The notes under the pieces are model-generated. The model ran no database searches and was not told the origin of the DNA. It saw only the letters and a program-made list of their open reading frames with translations. Of a DNA stretch of 64,000 nucleotides, positions 8,584-17,152 are shown in pieces (positions within the stretch are counted from its first letter, which is position 1; each line of letters begins with the position of its first letter). This stretch comes from Candidatus Gottesmanbacteria bacterium (GTDB lineage: Bacteria > Patescibacteriota > Microgenomatia > UBA10105 > UBA927): NCBI GenBank assembly GCA_023245335.1, contig JAHFKK010000001.1, positions 363,282 to 427,281 of the forward strand, written 5' to 3'. A program made the position numbers and the translations under genes.

Positions 8584-10494
8584 ATGGCAAAGATTATCGG
8601 TATTGATCTCGGAACGACAAATTCATGTGTATCCGTCATGTCAGGAGGAGCTCCTGAGGTGATTCATTCTGCTGAAGGCAGGAATGTGATTCCGTCGGTC
8701 GTCGACCCTATCAAAAATATCGTCGGTGACGTCGCCAAACGCCAGATGGTATTGAATCCCAAATCCACTATATTTTCCGTCAAACGTCTGATGGGCCGCA
8801 AATTCTCCGATCCCTCGGTACAAGCGGACATGAAATGGTTGCCCTATACGATAAAAGCCGGCAAAAACGACATGGCGGTCGTCGTCGTGGACGGCAAAGA
8901 GTTTACGCCGCAGGAAATTTCGGCAAAGATACTTGCCAAAATCAAAGCGGATGCCGAAAAGTTCCTGGGCGAACCCGTCAAACAGGCCGTCATCACGGTA
9001 CCCGCGTACTTCGATGACAGCCAGCGCCAGGCGACCAAACAGGCAGGGGAGATCGCAGGGCTCGAAGTCATGCGGATCCTCAATGAGCCGACGGCTGCGT
9101 CACTTGCATACGGATTGGATAAGAAAAATGCGCACACGATCGCAGTCTACGACTTGGGCGGTGGCACGTTTGACATCTCCATACTGGAATTAGGTGACGG
9201 CGTCTATGAAGTGAAAGCAACAAACGGCGATACCCATCTTGGTGGTGACGATTTCGATAAAGTAATCCTTGATTACCTTGCCGACGAGTTCAAGAAAGAA
9301 AACAGTGTGGATCTGCGGAAAGATTCGCAGGCGCTCCAGAGGCTTCGTGATGCTGCCGAAAAAGCAAAAATCGAGCTTTCATCTTCGATGGAAGCAGAGA
9401 TTAATCTGCCATTCATCACCCAGGGCAAAGACGGGCCTTTACACCTCGTCATGAAGCTTACCCGGGCGAAACTTGAGTCGCTCGTTGAACCGCTCATCCA
9501 AAAAAGCATCGAGCCGGTCAAGAAGTGTCTCGCGGACTCCAAGCTCAAAGTCGGGGACATCAATGAGATCGTTCTCGTGGGAGGCATGACCCGTATGCCG
9601 AAAGTAGTCGAAGTCGTGAAATCCTTCTTTGGTAAAGATCCCAACGCCACGGTAAATCCCGATGAAGTGGTGGCAGTAGGAGCGGCAGTTCAGGCCGGGG
9701 TTCTAACCGGAGAAGTCAAAGATGTCGTTCTTCTCGACGTGACGCCGCTTACTTTGAGCGTCGAAACATTGGGCGGAGTATCGACACCGATGATTTCGAG
9801 AAATACTACCGTGCCGACGAGCAAGACAGAAATCTACTCGACGGCCGCAGACAATCAGACGTCGGTAGAGATTAACGTCCTACAAGGAGAACGCCCGATG
9901 GCGACAGATAATAAATCGCTTGGACGGTTTGTCCTGTCCGGCATTCCGGCGGCACCGCGCGGCGTCCCGCAGGTTGAGGTGACGTTTGACATAGACGCTA
10001 ATGGTATTCTCAACGTGACTGCCAAGGACAAAGCGAGCGGCAAAGTAAGCTCGATAAAAATCACGGGCTCGACCGGTCTTTCGAAGGACGAGATCGAGAA
10101 GATGAAGAAAGAAGCCGAGGCCAATGCCACGGCAGATTCCGAAAAGAAAGATAAGATCGAGGCAAAAAACAAAGCGGATAACATGCTTTATGTCGCCGAG
10201 AAAACGTTGAAAGACGCCGGTGATAAAGCCAAGCCCGAGGATAAGACAGCAGTCGAGGAAAAGACGAAGGCACTGAAAGACATACTGGAGTCCGGATCCA
10301 AAGAAGATCTGGAAACCAAAACCAGCGAGCTTTCCGACGCAGTCCAAAAGGTCGGAGCTGCGATGTACCAGCAGAATCAGCCTCCGGCAGGAGGAGATCA
10401 GGCCCAACCGGGTGCTGATGCCGGAGTTACAGCTGAAGACGGCAAAAAAAAGGACGATAAGGCGAAAGCAGAAGAGGGAGAGGTGGTTAGCTAA
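8584..10494 (+). CDS. dnaK: Chaperone DnaK (Hsp70)
   Basis: Hallmark Hsp70 motifs [20 protein letters not shown] and EVLLLDVTPLSLG-like ([18 protein letters not shown]). 636 aa. Confidence 0.97.
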   Translation: MAKIIGIDLGTTNSCVSVMSGGAPEVIHSAEGRNVIPSVVDPIKNIVGDVAKRQMVLNPKSTIFSVKRLMGRKFSDPSVQADMKWLPYTIKAGKNDMAVVVVDGKEFTPQEISAKILAKIKADAEKFLGEPVKQAVITVPAYFDDSQRQATKQAGEIAGLEVMRILNEPTAASLAYGLDKKNAHTIAVYDLGGGTFDISILELGDGVYEVKATNGDTHLGGDDFDKVILDYLADEFKKENSVDLRKDSQALQRLRDAAEKAKIELSSSMEAEINLPFITQGKDGPLHLVMKLTRAKLESLVEPLIQKSIEPVKKCLADSKLKVGDINEIVLVGGMTRMPKVVEVVKSFFGKDPNATVNPDEVVAVGAAVQAGVLTGEVKDVVLLDVTPLTLSVETLGGVSTPMISRNTTVPTSKTEIYSTAADNQTSVEINVLQGERPMATDNKSLGRFVLSGIPAAPRGVPQVEVTFDIDANGILNVTAKDKASGKVSSIKITGSTGLSKDEIEKMKKEAEANATADSEKKDKIEAKNKADNMLYVAEKTLKDAGDKAKPEDKTAVEEKTKALKDILESGSKEDLETKTSELSDAVQKVGAAMYQQNQPPAGGDQAQPGADAGVTAEDGKKKDDKAKAEEGEVVS

Positions 10495-10495
10495 T

Positions 10496-10927
10496 ATGAA
10501 AAATAAACATAAATCATATGGTATTGATTTATTGGTAATTTGTGATCACGCCTTATTTTCACAAGACAAAAAGCTCTCAATTATTGGTATATTTGACAGA
10601 CTGTTTGTGAAATCAGTGCCCGCCAATCACGCTAAAATGGTAATTGCGGCATCAATAGTTGGAAAAAATGACTCAGACTGTACCGTAAGCTTGGAGTTTA
10701 TCAGTCCAAGCGGAAAAAATCTGGTCGGAATTAAACCGATTTTTATGAATGTTAGGCTGGGAGCAAATGGCAAAGGGAATTTAATTAGTGAAATCGTCGG
10801 ATTTCCAGTATCAGAAGTCGGTGAATATAAGGTCCGAATGCTCATAAACGGAGAATCACTTCGAGAGATCCCCCTCTATGTGCAGCAGGTAATTTCAAAT
10901 GAAGACGTTAGAAAGCAACCCAATTGA
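10496..10927 (+). CDS. Hypothetical protein; first gene of an AT-rich foreign cassette inserted between dnaK and dnaJ
   Basis: ATG 2 nt after the dnaK stop. 143 aa, MKNKHKSYGIDLLVICDHALF... GC about 35% against about 52% for dnaK. No family recognised. Confidence 0.5.
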   Translation: MKNKHKSYGIDLLVICDHALFSQDKKLSIIGIFDRLFVKSVPANHAKMVIAASIVGKNDSDCTVSLEFISPSGKNLVGIKPIFMNVRLGANGKGNLISEIVGFPVSEVGEYKVRMLINGESLREIPLYVQQVISNEDVRKQPN

Positions 10928-11762
10928 GAGATATCCAACATATATTGATGAGATTGTAACTCCCTACGACATCAGCCAAGCTCCCTTTATTGACGGGTGT
11001 TTTAACGTCGATGAAACAGATTGGCGTTTAGCCAATAGCCAACTAACTGATGGTTTAGACTGTGCTGATAAGTACACTCGATATACTAGTGGTAATGAAC
11101 AAAATTTTATATTCAAAGCAGCCGAAGAGTGTAGTGTGGAGCCCCTTTCTGATCCGTTCGCGTCATATATTGGTAATCGTTGGATGGGTATTCCCGTAGC
11201 GAGAAGTGCTCCTATGGTTTCTCGCATGAATAGTCGAAGATATTATCTCGGTGTTGTGTCGTACGCGACATCAATTACTACTCTCGCAGGCTGGGATTCC
11301 GGTATACCGCAGGATGGGTTAACTGAAATTGACACAACATACATGCAAGGTGATGGGGTTTTACGTGCGTGGCTTAGGGATCATGATCATGCATGGCGAC
11401 ACATTGTTACATGGACAGGGAGCGATGGCGTCATGCATTATTATTTCATTGACTACGGAAGGAGCTGTCTTGATTTGCGAACACAGTGGAATGAAACAAA
11501 ATTACTTAACGATTCTGTCGGTGGCTGTTTTTGGGATATTGAGCATGATCCAGATAAAATAATAGAATATGTCAAGTGCATTCTCCGTATACCCGACTGG
11601 TTGATTAACTATAAATTAATGCAGTATGCATCATCGATGCAAAAGTATGATGTTGTAAATAAAGAATTTTATCTTCGTCGGGCATATGAGATGTCATCAT
11701 ATTTAATCAAGAGTAAGCGTAATCTACTACATGATGTTAGTAATTTTCTTTCGGCTAGGTAA
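10899..11762 (+). CDS. Hypothetical protein; second gene of the AT-rich cassette between dnaK and dnaJ
   Basis: 287 aa ORF that overlaps the previous ORF by 29 nt and ends 2 nt before the dnaJ ATG. AT-rich. No family recognised. Rich in Trp/Tyr/Asp, with an HDHAWRH segment. Confidence 0.5.
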   Translation: MKTLESNPIERYPTYIDEIVTPYDISQAPFIDGCFNVDETDWRLANSQLTDGLDCADKYTRYTSGNEQNFIFKAAEECSVEPLSDPFASYIGNRWMGIPVARSAPMVSRMNSRRYYLGVVSYATSITTLAGWDSGIPQDGLTEIDTTYMQGDGVLRAWLRDHDHAWRHIVTWTGSDGVMHYYFIDYGRSCLDLRTQWNETKLLNDSVGGCFWDIEHDPDKIIEYVKCILRIPDWLINYKLMQYASSMQKYDVVNKEFYLRRAYEMSSYLIKSKRNLLHDVSNFLSAR

Positions 11763-11764
11763 CT

Positions 11765-12676
11765 ATGGCAACGAAACGCGATTATTACGAAATATTGGGA
11801 GTCGGGAAATCGGCTTCTGCTGCGGAAATTAAGTCCGCGTACCGGAAGCTCGCGTTGCAATGGCACCCGGACCGAAATAAAGCCGTAGACGCCAACGAGA
11901 AATTCAAGGAAATAAACGAAGCCTACGCAGTACTTTCCGATAGCCAAAAGAAAAGCGCGTACGACCAGTTCGGCCATGCAGCATTTCAGCCGGGTGGCGG
12001 TATGGGTGGGGCAGGCGGAGGCAATCCTTTTAGCGGCGGGTTCCGCCAACAGGGACCATTCCAGTACTACTATTCTTCAGGCGGACAACAGGGCGGGTCG
12101 CCCTTCTCCGGGTTTGAGGATATGATCGATCCGTTTGAGATATTCGAGCAGTTTTTTGGTGGAGGATTTTCTCCCCGCGGCCAGCGCGCGCGGCCGCACC
12201 CCGCATACGAAGTCACGATCGATTTCATGGATGCGGTCAAAGGTGCCACGCGTGAAGTGCACGTCCCCAAAGGTGGTGCGGGTGAAGGATCCGTACGGAA
12301 AACGATCAAAATTCCGGCCGGGGTCGACAGCGGCTCACGCATACGATTCGATGAATTTGATCTCGTCGTATCGGTGCGTCCTGACAAGCGGTTTACCAGA
12401 GAGGGGGATGACATCATACTCACGGAAGAAGTTCCGTTCAGCCTCGCCGCCCTGGGTGGAGTCGTAGACGTCCCGACCATAGAAGAATCGGTCAAAATCC
12501 GAATTCAGCCAGGTACCCAGCCCGGGACACTCATCCGCCTTCGCGGCAAAGGCGTGCCGCACGTCCGGGGAACCGGCCGTGGGGATCAGTACGTACGGGT
12601 GCAGTTACGGGTGCCGAGTCATTTATCCCGCGAGCAAAAAGAACTCTTGGAGAAGCTGGAAAGAAGCGGGGTATGA
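11765..12676 (+). CDS. dnaJ: DnaJ-family co-chaperone (J domain plus G/F-rich region plus C-terminal domains, no zinc-finger insert)
   Basis: J domain DYYEILGV...HPDRN with the HPD motif. Gly/Phe-rich region. The protein has zero cysteines, so the CxxCxGxG zinc finger is absent. Confidence 0.85.
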   Translation: MATKRDYYEILGVGKSASAAEIKSAYRKLALQWHPDRNKAVDANEKFKEINEAYAVLSDSQKKSAYDQFGHAAFQPGGGMGGAGGGNPFSGGFRQQGPFQYYYSSGGQQGGSPFSGFEDMIDPFEIFEQFFGGGFSPRGQRARPHPAYEVTIDFMDAVKGATREVHVPKGGAGEGSVRKTIKIPAGVDSGSRIRFDEFDLVVSVRPDKRFTREGDDIILTEEVPFSLAALGGVVDVPTIEESVKIRIQPGTQPGTLIRLRGKGVPHVRGTGRGDQYVRVQLRVPSHLSREQKELLEKLERSGV

Positions 12677-12680
12677 GGAA

Positions 12681-12710
12681 TTGACGCAAGGCCGTTGAGG
12701 CTATATAATA
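12681..12710 (+). promoter_or_regulatory. Sigma70-like promoter TTGACG-18-TATAAT in the dnaJ-nusA spacer
   Basis: TTGACG at 12681..12686 and TATATAAT at 12703..12710. Confidence 0.5.
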
Positions 12711-12733
12711 GGTATATTGTGTAGGAAGTGAAA

Positions 12734-12755
12734 GGTGGGGTGACCCGCCTTTTTT
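12734..12755 (+). terminator. Intrinsic-terminator-like hairpin (GGUGGG-GUGA-CCCGCC) plus U6, lying between the promoter and nusA
   Basis: Stem 12734..12739 pairs with 12744..12749 (one G-U pair), followed by TTTTTT at 12750..12755. It could be a leader attenuator or the end of the dnaK operon transcript. Confidence 0.4.
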
Positions 12756-12779
12756 AATAATTTAAGGAGAAATCAAACT

Positions 12780-13934
12780 ATGCCAGCAACCGTCAGAAGC
12801 GAATTTGCATTAGCCCTCAACCAGGTCGCCACAGAACGTGGTATCGATCCTACAGTCGTACTCGAGACTATAAAAGCCGCGATTTTAGCCGCGTACCGCA
12901 AGGATTACGGCATAGATGAGACCCTCACGCTTACCGTCGACCTCAATCCTGATTCGGGAGAAGCCAAAGTCATGAAGGATGGCGCGGACGTCACGCCTCC
13001 CGGATTCGGCCGTATTGCCGCCCAGACCGCGAAACAGGTTATCTTGCAGCGTATCCGTGAAGCGGAAAAGTCTGCGGTTTTGGCTGATTATCAGGGGAAA
13101 ATCGGCGGTATTGCACCCGGTATGGTATTGCGTTTTGACGGCCCCAATGTGATCGTAGACATCGGTCGTACACAAGCGGTCATGCCGGTATCCGAGCAGA
13201 ATCCTGCGGAACGGTATCACCTCAATCAGCGTTTGACGTTTTACATCGAAGGAATTCGTGAGACCATGCGTGGTAATGAGATTATTGTGTCACGCGCACA
13301 CAAGGGATTGGTAGAAGGACTGTTTAAACGCGAAGTTCCGGAAGTATCCCAGGGGTCAGTCGAGCTTCGGGTTGTCGCCCGTGAGGCCGGTAACCGTACG
13401 AAAGTCGCAGTCTATTCCAACGCTCCCGGTGTTGACCCTGTAGGAAGCTGTGTCGGACAAAAAGGGGTGCGGGTTCAGGCAGTCATAAACGAACTCGGCA
13501 GTAACGAAAAAGTCGATATCATCCAGTGGAGTGAAGACACCAAACAGTTTATCATGGCGTCACTTGCGCCAGCCAAGGACATTGATGTCACCCTGGACGA
13601 GAAAAAACAGGCTGCGGAAGTCATGGTTCCGGACGATCAACTGTCCCTTGCCATAGGCCGTGACGGCGGAAACGTGCGGTTGGCTGCCAAACTGACCGGC
13701 TGGAAGATCGATATCAAAGGGAAGCCCGTACCAGGAGCCGAAAAGAAAGAAGATGCGGTAGTTCCTGCGGAGGCTCCGAAAAAAGAAGCTAAAGCGGAAG
13801 AAGCGCCGAAAGAGAAAGAAGTAAAAACACCGGAAACGCCTCCTCAAGGGAAGGCGGAAGAGCCGGCTCCTATAGTAAAACCCGAAGAATCTACCAGTAA
13901 AGACTCGACTGATACGAAACCAACATCCGTATGA
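12780..13934 (+). CDS. nusA: Transcription termination/antitermination factor NusA with Lys/Glu/Pro-rich C-terminal tail
   Basis: NusA N-terminal domain, S1 and KH regions (VGSCVGQKGVRVQAVINEL..., LAIGRDGGNVRLAAKLTGWKIDI). The C-terminal roughly 70 aa are a low-complexity KEAP-rich tail. Confidence 0.9.
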   Translation: MPATVRSEFALALNQVATERGIDPTVVLETIKAAILAAYRKDYGIDETLTLTVDLNPDSGEAKVMKDGADVTPPGFGRIAAQTAKQVILQRIREAEKSAVLADYQGKIGGIAPGMVLRFDGPNVIVDIGRTQAVMPVSEQNPAERYHLNQRLTFYIEGIRETMRGNEIIVSRAHKGLVEGLFKREVPEVSQGSVELRVVAREAGNRTKVAVYSNAPGVDPVGSCVGQKGVRVQAVINELGSNEKVDIIQWSEDTKQFIMASLAPAKDIDVTLDEKKQAAEVMVPDDQLSLAIGRDGGNVRLAAKLTGWKIDIKGKPVPGAEKKEDAVVPAEAPKKEAKAEEAPKEKEVKTPETPPQGKAEEPAPIVKPEESTSKDSTDTKPTSV

Positions 13935-13961
13935 GACGAGGAGTGTTTTTGACCGGAATGT

Positions 13962-15479
13962 ATGACGAAAGACACGAAATCAGTGAAGGTATCCTCACGT
14001 CCCTCCTCCGCCGAGGCTACGGCGGGCAGGCCGCCAGTGGTTGCGGTTTTGGGTCACGTTGACCACGGTAAAACCACTCTCCTAGACACGATTCGAAAAG
14101 CTCACGTTGCGGCAGGAGAACACGGAGGAATCACCCAGCATATCGGCGCGTACCAGATTGACTATAAAGGAAAAAATAAGGAATCCAGAAAGATTACCTT
14201 TATCGATACCCCCGGCCACGAAGCGTTTTCGAAAATTCGTTCCCGCGGAGCACAGGCGGCTGATATCGCAATCCTGGTCGTCGCGGCAGATGACAGCGTC
14301 AAACCACAGACTATCGAATCCATAGAGCAGATTAAAGCCGCGGGTATTCCGATGGTGGTTGCGATAAATAAAATTGACATGCCCGGCGCGATTATCGACA
14401 AAGTAAAATCGGATTTGGCCAAAGTCGGCGTGCAGGTAGAAGGATTCGGCGGTGATGTGCCGTTTGTGCCTATTTCCGCCAAAAAAGGCACGGGAATAGA
14501 TGCATTATTAGAACTTCTTTTCTTAGTCGCCGACATGAAAGGCCTGGCGGGGGACGCCAAAGAGCCGTTTTCCGCAATCGTCATTGAGGCCAAAGTGGAT
14601 AAATTCAGAGGCACCGTGGCGACCCTTCTCGTCAAAAACGGTACATTAGCCGGCGGAACGTCTCTCTATGAAGGACAAAAACTATTGGGCCGCGTTCGGG
14701 CCATGATGGACGAGTCCGGCGTCAAAGTGCCGGAAGCGCTCCCTGGAAAACCGGTTGAAGTGCTCGGATTTTCCATGTTGCCGTCTGTCGGTGCAGAACT
14801 CACCGCTGTCCCTAGGACAGTTGCGACCGTAGAAGTGAAAAAAACAGATGTCCGGGACACCAATGTCGCGGATTTCCTTGCAGCCATGACAAAAGCCGAC
14901 AAAAAGAGGCTCAAAATACTCCTAAAAGCAGATACGTCAGGTTCGCTTGAAGCCGTCAAAGAAGCGCTTCCCAAAGACGAGACCGATATCGTACGAAGCG
15001 GCCTGGGAGATATAACCGAGGCTGACATACTGGAGGCCAAAGCTACGGGAGCCGTGGTAGTCGGGTTTAACGTCAAAGCCGGCAATACCATAGAAAAATT
15101 TGCACGGGTAGAAAAGGTCATTTACAGAATCTATACGATCATTTATGAGCTTTTGGAAGAAATGGATGATGTCATAGACGGCATGGAAGATTTGCTTGCT
15201 ATGGAGCGCGAATTGGGGAAGGGTACAATTATTGCCGAATTTCCGTTTGACCACGACCGCATCGCAGGCACGAAAGTCCTCTCCGGCAGGCTCGCCAAGG
15301 GGGATAACGTACGGATTATGCGGGGCGAGGAGGAAGTTGCCCGTGTTCGCATCAAATCCATCCGACAGGGTAAAAACGATATGACCAAGGTGGAAACGGG
15401 TGTTGAGTGCGGTGTCCTCTTTGACAGAAAAGTTGATTTTACGCTCCAAGATGCTATAATAGCGTTTACTACAGGCTAA
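13962..15479 (+). CDS. infB: Translation initiation factor IF-2 (short form)
   Basis: GTPase G1 motif VVAVLGHVDHGKTTLLD, DTPGHEAF and NKID. Follows nusA. 505 aa, so the long N-terminal region is missing. Confidence 0.9.
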   Translation: MTKDTKSVKVSSRPSSAEATAGRPPVVAVLGHVDHGKTTLLDTIRKAHVAAGEHGGITQHIGAYQIDYKGKNKESRKITFIDTPGHEAFSKIRSRGAQAADIAILVVAADDSVKPQTIESIEQIKAAGIPMVVAINKIDMPGAIIDKVKSDLAKVGVQVEGFGGDVPFVPISAKKGTGIDALLELLFLVADMKGLAGDAKEPFSAIVIEAKVDKFRGTVATLLVKNGTLAGGTSLYEGQKLLGRVRAMMDESGVKVPEALPGKPVEVLGFSMLPSVGAELTAVPRTVATVEVKKTDVRDTNVADFLAAMTKADKKRLKILLKADTSGSLEAVKEALPKDETDIVRSGLGDITEADILEAKATGAVVVGFNVKAGNTIEKFARVEKVIYRIYTIIYELLEEMDDVIDGMEDLLAMERELGKGTIIAEFPFDHDRIAGTKVLSGRLAKGDNVRIMRGEEEVARVRIKSIRQGKNDMTKVETGVECGVLFDRKVDFTLQDAIIAFTTG

Positions 15480-15482
15480 GAT

Positions 15483-16445
15483 ATGGATTACGAAACAGCA
15501 CTCCAAAAAGCCAAGGATTTAGTAAACGCCGCGAAAGACATCGTGGTTGTGACTCATGGCGCCCCGACACCCGACAGTATGGGCGGCAGTCTTGCCCTCA
15601 TGCTTGGTCTGGCATCTCTTAGCAAACAGGCAACCGTGATTAGTCCTGATCCCATGACCGTAGGACTCTCCAGTTTCATTGGTGCGGATAAAGTAACGCG
15701 TGAATTCGGCAAGAAAAATTTTGTCGTTTCTCTCGACTATGTGGATGGTTCCATCGAGAAGGTCAGCTATAACATCGAAGGCAAGAAGTTTAATCTCGTC
15801 GTGGAGCACCGTCCGGGGTTTGAGCCTATGACCGCGGATAAAGTGCAGTACAACTATCAGGGAACGTCCGCAGACCTCATCATTTCCGTCGATACGCTGA
15901 CTTTGGGTGATCTCGGAGCCGTGTACGAAAATAACAAAAGCATGTTTTCTGCGAAGCAGATAATCAATATCGATTTCCACAAAGATAATGCCAATTACGG
16001 ACACATCAATCTGGTTGATCCGGGTGCATCCTCGACGTCGGAATTGGTAGCGGAGTTTTTGGCGACGTTAGGCGTCAAACTGACGACCGATATAGCGACT
16101 AACCTCCTCAATGCGATCTATGATGCGACGAAGAATTTCCAGAACGGCAATGTTACGTCTATGGCGTTTGAAGTCGCATCCGTGTGTCTCAAAGCCGGTG
16201 CCAAACGCTTTGGCATGCCTGAGGATAACCAAAGGATTGCCGCACCAACAGCTCCTTCTCCCATGACGGATATCCCGGTAGCCGCACCAGTGCAGGCGCC
16301 GCAAGCTACGCCCACCATGCAGACTCAATCAGTTCCGCAAACGCAGGCGCCTCAAACAATGTCGACGGAGAACGGCAATCCCAAACAGCCGCCATCCGAT
16401 TGGCTGAAGCCGAAAATCTTCAAGAGCTCCGGATCACTTATCTAA
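15483..16445 (+). CDS. DHH/DHHA1-family phosphoesterase (NrnA-like nanoRNase/pAp phosphatase) with Pro/Gln-rich C-terminal tail
   Basis: DHH-like N-terminus (VVVTHGAPTPDSMGGSLAL), a DHHA1-like region (GGGH-equivalent ANYGHINLV), and synteny after infB. Confidence 0.65.
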   Translation: MDYETALQKAKDLVNAAKDIVVVTHGAPTPDSMGGSLALMLGLASLSKQATVISPDPMTVGLSSFIGADKVTREFGKKNFVVSLDYVDGSIEKVSYNIEGKKFNLVVEHRPGFEPMTADKVQYNYQGTSADLIISVDTLTLGDLGAVYENNKSMFSAKQIINIDFHKDNANYGHINLVDPGASSTSELVAEFLATLGVKLTTDIATNLLNAIYDATKNFQNGNVTSMAFEVASVCLKAGAKRFGMPEDNQRIAAPTAPSPMTDIPVAAPVQAPQATPTMQTQSVPQTQAPQTMSTENGNPKQPPSDWLKPKIFKSSGSLI

Positions 16446-16504
16446 TGTTTTTACGTAGGGCACAACAGGCGCAAGAACTATTACGATGAACCCCTTTCTA
16501 TGGC

Positions 16505-16533
16505 TTGTAAATTTTAAGTGAATATCGTATAAT
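16505..16533 (+). promoter_or_regulatory. Sigma70-like promoter TTGTAA-17-TATAAT upstream of rpsO
   Basis: TTGTAA at 16505..16510 and TATAAT at 16528..16533. Confidence 0.55.
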
Positions 16534-16577
16534 GAGTGCCTTGGGAGCACCAATTGCGCTCTCATTTTTATATCAGT

Positions 16578-17012
16578 ATGCCAGCAAAATCCACGAAAAA
16601 AGCAGTAAAAGCTACGAAGGCGACGAAAGAAGCTAAAGTAACCAAAAAAGTAAGCGCCGAAAAAACGGTGAAAGCGGAGAAACCGGTGAAAGTCGTCAAG
16701 CAAACATCCAAAAAGTCGACAAAAGCCGCCCCGAAGATAGACGTATCCCAGGTTCCCTCACCGGAAAAACAGGAGATCATCGCGCAATTTGCCGTCAAAT
16801 CAGGTGATACCGGGAGTCCCGAGGTGCAGATAGCGCTTCTTACCAGGAGAATTGAGAAATTGGTGGGGCATCTCAAAACCAATCCGCACGACAATCATTC
16901 ACGCCGGGGTTTACTTGGCATCGTGAGCAAACGCCGACGGCTTCTCAACTATCTTGAGAAAAAAGATGCAAAACGGGTGACAGTCATTAAGTCAAAGTTA
17001 GGATTAACATAA
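16578..17012 (+). CDS. rpsO: 30S ribosomal protein S15 with about 60 aa Lys/Ala-rich N-terminal extension
   Basis: C-terminal 89 aa match the S15 core ([38 protein letters not shown]...). The N-terminal extension [24 protein letters not shown]... resembles a histone H1 tail. Confidence 0.85.
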   Translation: MPAKSTKKAVKATKATKEAKVTKKVSAEKTVKAEKPVKVVKQTSKKSTKAAPKIDVSQVPSPEKQEIIAQFAVKSGDTGSPEVQIALLTRRIEKLVGHLKTNPHDNHSRRGLLGIVSKRRRLLNYLEKKDAKRVTVIKSKLGLT

Positions 17013-17152
17013 TTTTTAGTAGAAGCACGCGATCCTAGGAACGATAGAGTTACTTAGCGGTCGAGGATAGAGTATAGAAGGCTTTTTCTTCCATGTTCTC
17101 TCTTCAACCCCTATTTCCTCTAGACGTATAGAACCCCGAGGCTTCATGTATC

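Noticed and set aside
8641-10407. Minus-strand ORFs inside dnaK (for example 9273..9650 and 9880..10407)
   Set aside because: They are antisense to an unambiguous Hsp70 gene. They have no RBS or promoter context and are low complexity.
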